Assembly: GCA_017513085.1 (NCBI GenBank)
Contig: JAFWDK010000016.1
Span: 60,766-124,765, forward strand
Direction: 5' to 3'
Source: Clostridiales bacterium
Lineage (GTDB): Bacteria > Bacillota > Clostridia > Saccharofermentanales > Saccharofermentanaceae
Length of the DNA: 64,000 nucleotides
Shown: positions 58,907 to 64,000 of the stretch, in pieces
Position numbering within the stretch: position 1 is the stretch's first letter
Layout: the number at the start of each line of letters is the position of its first letter
Notes under the pieces: model-generated
The model's database searches: none
Told to the model about the DNA's origin: nothing
The model's input: only the letters and a program-made list of their open reading frames with translations
Translations under genes and position numbers: made by a program

Positions 58907-58939
58907 TATTAGACGAAGCCAAAAACGATTCCGTTGCAA
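58907..58939 (-). promoter_or_regulatory. ECF-sigma-type promoter, copy 4
   Basis: Minus strand TTGCAAC-N17-CGTCTAATA. Confidence 0.7.
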
Positions 58940-59027
58940 AACTCCAAAAGTTTTTTCGTTACTTTCTGACTTCCCTTCTACCTTGAAAAAAGCACTTGAA
59001 CGCGATACATTGGGAAGGGAGGTGGAC

Positions 59028-60065
59028 ATGGGCGCTTTTACTAAGAAAATCTATGGACCGGACTATTCATTCGGTTTTCAGTGTCTGGCAGAAAAATGCC
59101 GCCACAGTTGTTGCATCGGCTGGGAGATCGATATCGACGATAAGTCTCTCCAGCGATACCGTCTGGTCCCCGGCGAACTGGGAAGGAAGCTTCATGATTG
59201 CATTCGGGATCCAAAAGACGAGACGGATGAAAACGGTGAAGACACCTGTGCACACTTCATTCTCGGCAAGGACGAACGTTGTCCTTTTCTAAACGAGCGA
59301 GGGCTTTGCGACCTGATCTTAAATCTGGGCGAAGACTCTCTTTGCGAGATCTGTACGGAGCATCCCCGCTTTTACAACATCTTCTCTGACCATACCGAGA
59401 TGGGATACGGTCTTTGCTGCGAGGAAGCCGCACGTCTTCTATTCACATGGCAAACGCCGATCCGGCTGGCGGAAACAGATTCTGTTCCTTCCGAAGAAGA
59501 ACACATCGGCGAAGATCCCGAAGAAGCAGAGATCTTACAGATCCGGGAAGAGCTTTTTTCCCTGTTGCAAGACCGAGGATGCAATCTTTCCGACAGATTC
59601 CGGAACATTCTAAACGCAGTAGATCTCCCCGAACGTTCCATGTATTTGGACTATGCATTTTGGGGCAGGGTGCTTGGTTCTCTCGAACGTCTGGATCCAT
59701 CCTGGGATGCAGAAATCACCAAACTTGCCTCTTCCACGATCGAGCCGTCGCAGATTCAGCATTTCATGGATCTCATGTCTGAGAAGGACCGGATCTTTGA
59801 ATATGAAAACCTGATGTGGTACTTTCTTTACCGGCATCTTGGCGAAGTAACAGATAAAGAGGAGATCCGAGACATCGTCCTTTGGGCCTTGTTAAGCGTA
59901 GAGATCCTTGAATATCTCGGAGCCTCCCGGTATCTGGAAAAAGGTGCTTTCACGCTGGACGACCAGATCGATCTGGCTCGAATGTTTTCTTCCGAGATCG
60001 AATATTCCGACGAAAACATAGAATGCATGACCGGCCATATCCGTGAAAGAAACTATCTTTTATAG
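59028..60065 (+). CDS. fliB: FliB (flagellin lysine-N-methylase) family Fe-S protein
   Basis: FQC.A.KC.HSCCIGWEIDID, CPFLN..GLC.L, LCEIC.EHPR, LCCEEAARL, FSSEIEYSDEN; GGAGGT RBS. Confidence 0.8.
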   Translation: MGAFTKKIYGPDYSFGFQCLAEKCRHSCCIGWEIDIDDKSLQRYRLVPGELGRKLHDCIRDPKDETDENGEDTCAHFILGKDERCPFLNERGLCDLILNLGEDSLCEICTEHPRFYNIFSDHTEMGYGLCCEEAARLLFTWQTPIRLAETDSVPSEEEHIGEDPEEAEILQIREELFSLLQDRGCNLSDRFRNILNAVDLPERSMYLDYAFWGRVLGSLERLDPSWDAEITKLASSTIEPSQIQHFMDLMSEKDRIFEYENLMWYFLYRHLGEVTDKEEIRDIVLWALLSVEILEYLGASRYLEKGAFTLDDQIDLARMFSSEIEYSDENIECMTGHIRERNYLL

Positions 60066-60081
60066 GATCACAAACCAAATT

Positions 60082-61419
60082 TTACTGCTTCATCGCTTTC
60101 ACAATACATTGGATCTCGTAAAGACGCTGCGGGTTTTGCGGAACCAGGCGATTCGCCCGTCCACCCTGTTCATAGATCTCCATATACAAACCATAATCCA
60201 TCAGGATGCCCTTCATGGAGCTGATCGGAAATTCCTTTCTGACCTGCTTGGCCACTGCCGTCAGATCACGTGACCGGTGCGCACGGACCGGCTTTCCTTT
60301 ACGGTACACGATGCCTTCTTCCGGTGCGCATTCCGTACCCTCGTACGTCACCATACCATTGCGTATCGTGAGCACACCTTCACCCACTTTTGCATAGTTA
60401 CGTTCCCCGCAGAGCTGGTGAAGTTCCACGTTTTCCGTCAAACAGTAATCCGGTCTTGCCGCTTCGCGGGCATAGATCGTCTGCTCCCACTTTGCCCATT
60501 CGTGCAAGTTAGAGAAACATTTGTCTTCAGCTCCTGCAGGTTCAAAAAAACCGTACCGGTTCATGATCACTTTATTGCCGCAAGCCCTGCACACCAGAAG
60601 ATTCTTGCGGCCTTTGGCTTTGTTTCGGACAGTCTCATCCGAGCATCCGTCTTTCACTTCGGTAACATTGATCTTCTCGCAACGCGGACAGATGTTCGCA
60701 ATATTCTGCACACCCGCGGCAGGCTTTCCGGAACGGAAGACCTGGGACTTGCCGGAAAAATACTCGTATTCATCGTAAACAAGCGCCTGGCGCATATACT
60801 CGTAGATCTCATCCACACTCATTTTTTCAACTTTTTCTTTCGGAAGAACATCTGTGAACTCCGCCGTAATGCGGCCCCTCCGCCAGGAACTTTCACTCCA
60901 GCGCGGCCACGTCATATACGCACCATGTGAGCGAAAGATCACCAACGATGCACCGGCTTTCTTTACCAGCGTGGAAAGTCCTTTATCAAAAGGAAGCGAA
61001 TGCCCGTCGATCAAACGTGTGCCTTCCGGGAAGATCCCCAGTACACCATTGCGCGAAAGCACACGAAACATCGCTTTCACCGTCCGGATATCGTTCCGGT
61101 ACTGAGCTTTCGGGATACAGCCTCCACGCGTAATGATCCTGCCGAAAACAGGTCTTCGAAACAGGAACTCTCCGGCGACAAAATTGATCGGTCTTCCATA
61201 CAAAGCCATCCCCATGATGATCGGATCGATATAAGACGGGTGGTTCCCCACAATGACCAACGGTCCCGGAAGTTCTTTAATCCGCTTATCTGCGCGGATC
61301 TTCATGCCGAACAGGAAACGGCAGGCATTCAGCACGATCCCCGAACCGAAAAAACCATACCAGAAGCGGCTCGGTACACAACCGTATTCCACCTGTTTTT
61401 TCTCTGTTCGTCCGCTCAT
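60082..61419 (-). CDS. Lysophospholipid acyltransferase (PlsC family) with C-terminal Cys-containing extension
   Basis: NHPSYID, IFPEGTR; CPRC...CRACG. Confidence 0.85.
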   Translation of the reverse strand: MSGRTEKKQVEYGCVPSRFWYGFFGSGIVLNACRFLFGMKIRADKRIKELPGPLVIVGNHPSYIDPIIMGMALYGRPINFVAGEFLFRRPVFGRIITRGGCIPKAQYRNDIRTVKAMFRVLSRNGVLGIFPEGTRLIDGHSLPFDKGLSTLVKKAGASLVIFRSHGAYMTWPRWSESSWRRGRITAEFTDVLPKEKVEKMSVDEIYEYMRQALVYDEYEYFSGKSQVFRSGKPAAGVQNIANICPRCEKINVTEVKDGCSDETVRNKAKGRKNLLVCRACGNKVIMNRYGFFEPAGAEDKCFSNLHEWAKWEQTIYAREAARPDYCLTENVELHQLCGERNYAKVGEGVLTIRNGMVTYEGTECAPEEGIVYRKGKPVRAHRSRDLTAVAKQVRKEFPISSMKGILMDYGLYMEIYEQGGRANRLVPQNPQRLYEIQCIVKAMKQ

Positions 61420-61606
61420 GATTCCTTCCTTCGAAAAATACGACGCATTTTTGCCAAAAATAACTTATGATTGACATAAATTGATAACATATATCTCGTA
61501 TTATACATAAAGTGAAGTTTTGCGTATAGCAAACCTTTTTTGACTTTTACTCTATAAATTTTGCACCGGATTTCTCTGATCCGGTCAGATCGGAAGGATC
61601 AGACAC

Positions 61607-62527
61607 ATGGCGAAAACCTGTTTTTATTGTGGCAAAGAATTGGCTCCCGGAGAGCGCTGCACCTGTCGTGGCACTTCTTCGCGTGTCGCTTCCGGCACTC
61701 CTTCCGGAGCTTCTGCGCAAACTTCGAATACACAAGCTAAAACCGAGAAGACAGAGTCTAACGAGCATAAGAAAACCGAGAAGCACGAAAAGAAGACCAA
61801 GCAGGTTTGGGAACGGGCCACGACCGGAACCCCTGATACGCCTTACGGAAACAGTGCAACAGGAAAAGGCAAAGTCACTTTTTCTTCTTTTATAACAAAA
61901 GTAAGAGCGCTTTTCCCTTCGTTCTCGAAAACACTTCGACCGATCATGTCATATATCTGGCACCCGGTTACGACGATTCAAAACCGTTCGCAGGTCGTGC
62001 CGATCGGCAAGATGATCGTTATCAACACCCTGTTCGCCACATTGACTTCATTGATGGTCCTCTTTACCAACCGCACCAACTCACCTTTTCTGGGTATGCT
62101 GATTTCCCTGATGTTCGGAAAGACCGACTTGTTTTCCGCACATCCACTAACTGCTTTTTTCACGATCTCAGCGATACTTTGGGCAAGCGTGCTGATCCTT
62201 GCGGGCATTTTCGTGGTGACATCCAGACTTGTTAACCGCAAGCTTTCTTTTCTTCGTGCGTTGGATACTATCTCCATGTCATCGATCTATCTTTGCTTTG
62301 CAGATATTCTTGTCTTTTTCTCTGTGTTGCTCGGCACACACGGCTCAGTCACTTTGATATTTGTTGCTTTGGTCATCATGGGCATCGCCCATTTCGTATC
62401 GCTCAAACAAGATCTGACTCTTAGCGACAATGCAGCCTTTAATATGCTCGTCATCAGTTATCTTTTGTTTTATACGCTTGCCCAGTTGGGGCTCGGGATC
62501 ATTATCCGACTTGTTACCTGGTTCTGA
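61607..62527 (+). CDS. Membrane protein with N-terminal zinc knuckle and about 5 TM (Yip1-like topology)
   Basis: CFYCGKELAPGERCTC, low-complexity linker, hydrophobic C-terminal half. Confidence 0.65.
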   Translation: MAKTCFYCGKELAPGERCTCRGTSSRVASGTPSGASAQTSNTQAKTEKTESNEHKKTEKHEKKTKQVWERATTGTPDTPYGNSATGKGKVTFSSFITKVRALFPSFSKTLRPIMSYIWHPVTTIQNRSQVVPIGKMIVINTLFATLTSLMVLFTNRTNSPFLGMLISLMFGKTDLFSAHPLTAFFTISAILWASVLILAGIFVVTSRLVNRKLSFLRALDTISMSSIYLCFADILVFFSVLLGTHGSVTLIFVALVIMGIAHFVSLKQDLTLSDNAAFNMLVISYLLFYTLAQLGLGIIIRLVTWF

Positions 62528-62688
62528 CACGGTTTTACAGTAGATCGGTCATCTGAAGATCCTCCTGTTTCATCCGCAAAATATATATTTGTTTGGATGT
62601 TCAAAATTTTTTCTATTCCTGTGTTAAGATTGAGTTGAGTTTGTTGTTAGTAGGGATAGAAAGCGCAAAAACAAGGAGGTATTATTCC

Positions 62689-63729
62689 ATGAAACATTTT
62701 CAAAAAGCAGGGGCAGCCATCGTTGCTGCATCACTAATTTCTTCTATGCTTTTATGCACAGCATGCAAAAACAGCGAGGAGACAAAAAGTACCACATCTG
62801 CAACCACTACGACCGTCGAGCAGACAACCACCACAACAATTGAAGAAACCACCACAGAGGCTACAACCGAAACTACAACCGAAGCTACGACAGAAGCTAC
62901 GACAAAAGCAACCACAGCAGACCCGAATGTTTTTGAGTTCACCGAAGCAAATTACCCGAAGCTCGATGGTTCGACTTCTACCAAGCCGATGGCCGCAGCG
63001 ATCACTTCCGTCCTTCTCGGTATCTCCCGTGAAGAAGCAGAAAACAAACTTGAATTTCACAAAACCTCACAGTCTTTCAGTTATCTGATGAGCAAAGACG
63101 CAGATATGCTTATATGCGCCGAGCCTGCAGATTCTGTTTTTAAAGAAATGAAAGACCAGAATTTCGAATACGTTATGGAACCTTTCGCGACCGAAGCACT
63201 CGTTTTCGTTGTCAATGCATCGAACCCTGTTGAGTCTCTGACGACTGAGCAGATCCAGAAGATCTATACAGGTGAGATCACAAACTGGAAAGAAGTGGGC
63301 GGCGAAGATAGAAAGATCGTTCCGATCCAGAGAAACAAGACAGCCGGATCTCAAGTCATGATGGAAAAGATCGTCATGAAAGACCTGACGATGATGGAAG
63401 CTCCGACAGAACTGGTAGTCGGCGACATGGGCGGTCTCATCGAAACAGTAAAATCCTTCGATAATTCTGCTGATGCAATCGGTTACACACCATATTACTA
63501 TGCTACGAACATGAAGATGGCTGATGGATTGAAGATCATCAAAGTCGACGACATCATGCCGGCAAAAGATACGATCCAGAAGGGTGAATATCCTTTCCGC
63601 ACCTCCTACTATGTCGTTATGCCCAAGGACACTCCGGAAGACAGTCCGACGAGCATCCTTTTTAACTGGGTACTCGGTCCGGATGGTCAGAAACTCGCTG
63701 AAATGGAAGGCTACGTTCCTGTTAATTGA
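62689..63729 (+). CDS. PstS-like (PBP type 2) substrate-binding lipoprotein
   Basis: AAGGAGG RBS, CTAC lipobox, Thr/Glu stalk, LDGSTST, IYTGEITNWKEVGG, QRN..AGSQ, AIGY, GEYPF. Confidence 0.85.
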   Translation: MKHFQKAGAAIVAASLISSMLLCTACKNSEETKSTTSATTTTVEQTTTTTIEETTTEATTETTTEATTEATTKATTADPNVFEFTEANYPKLDGSTSTKPMAAAITSVLLGISREEAENKLEFHKTSQSFSYLMSKDADMLICAEPADSVFKEMKDQNFEYVMEPFATEALVFVVNASNPVESLTTEQIQKIYTGEITNWKEVGGEDRKIVPIQRNKTAGSQVMMEKIVMKDLTMMEAPTELVVGDMGGLIETVKSFDNSADAIGYTPYYYATNMKMADGLKIIKVDDIMPAKDTIQKGEYPFRTSYYVVMPKDTPEDSPTSILFNWVLGPDGQKLAEMEGYVPVN

Positions 63730-63755
63730 TTCATTGATTCCGGGAGGGAACCATT

Positions 63756-64000
63756 ATGAAAAAGTTTAGAAGTGCCGTATCGATCTGCATCGCGGTTTCT
63801 GCTCTGCTGTCTATCCTGACAGCGGGCGGATGCCGGGCGCAGAAGAAAGACTCCGTTAATTCGGAAGAAGCATCTTCCACTACATATGAAGAAACAACAG
63901 AAGTGCCGACAACGGAAGGGACCACCGAGATTTCTGAAGAGACTTCCGAAGAGACTTCCGAAGAGACTTCCGAAGAGACTTCCGAAGAGACTTCCGAAGA
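63756..64000 (+). CDS. Lipoprotein with (EETS)n stalk, 3'-truncated by window edge
   Basis: GGGAGG RBS; MKKFRSAVSICIAVSALLSILTAGGC-RAQKKD...TTEISEETSEETS...; absent from the ORF track because it has no stop in the window. Confidence 0.75.
   Translation, partial: MKKFRSAVSICIAVSALLSILTAGGCRAQKKDSVNSEEASSTTYEETTEVPTTEGTTEISEETSEETSEETSEETSEETSE
63936..64000 (+). repeat. Perfect 12-bp tandem repeat GAAGAGACTTCC, five full copies plus a partial
   Basis: Units start at 63936, 63948, 63960, 63972 and 63984; partial unit at 63996. Confidence 0.95.

Noticed and set aside
63936-64000. CRISPR array
   Set aside because: Contiguous 12-bp units with no spacers, in frame within a lipoprotein, and no cas genes.

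Overview
Gene-dense chromosomal segment, most likely from an anaerobic Clostridia-type Firmicute (inferred from gene content and sigma-A promoters). Housekeeping genes: dtd, tRNA-Arg(CCG), a uracil permease, glmU-pth-mfd, an FMN riboswitch with ribU, and an in-frame pgk-tpi fusion. Envelope genes include three OmpR/histidine-kinase pairs, three ABC exporter modules, two GT-C-like membrane proteins, a serpin and about ten lipoproteins, many with Ser/Thr/Glu-rich stalks. I saw no integrase, transposase, prophage, CRISPR array or rRNA. The best candidate for an undescribed system is the minus-strand operon at 612-2700. It encodes a small lipoprotein with an extra PxYP leader and three [VM][IL]xG[DE] repeats, a radical SAM/SPASM enzyme and a metallophosphoesterase. 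Its upstream motif TTGCAAC-N17-CGTC(TA/AT)ATA looks like an ECF-sigma promoter. The motif recurs with identical spacing upstream of three more lipoprotein genes (the serpin and two apparent paralogues of an unrecognised family), suggesting an envelope regulon. All family calls come from motif recognition by eye; no database searches were run.
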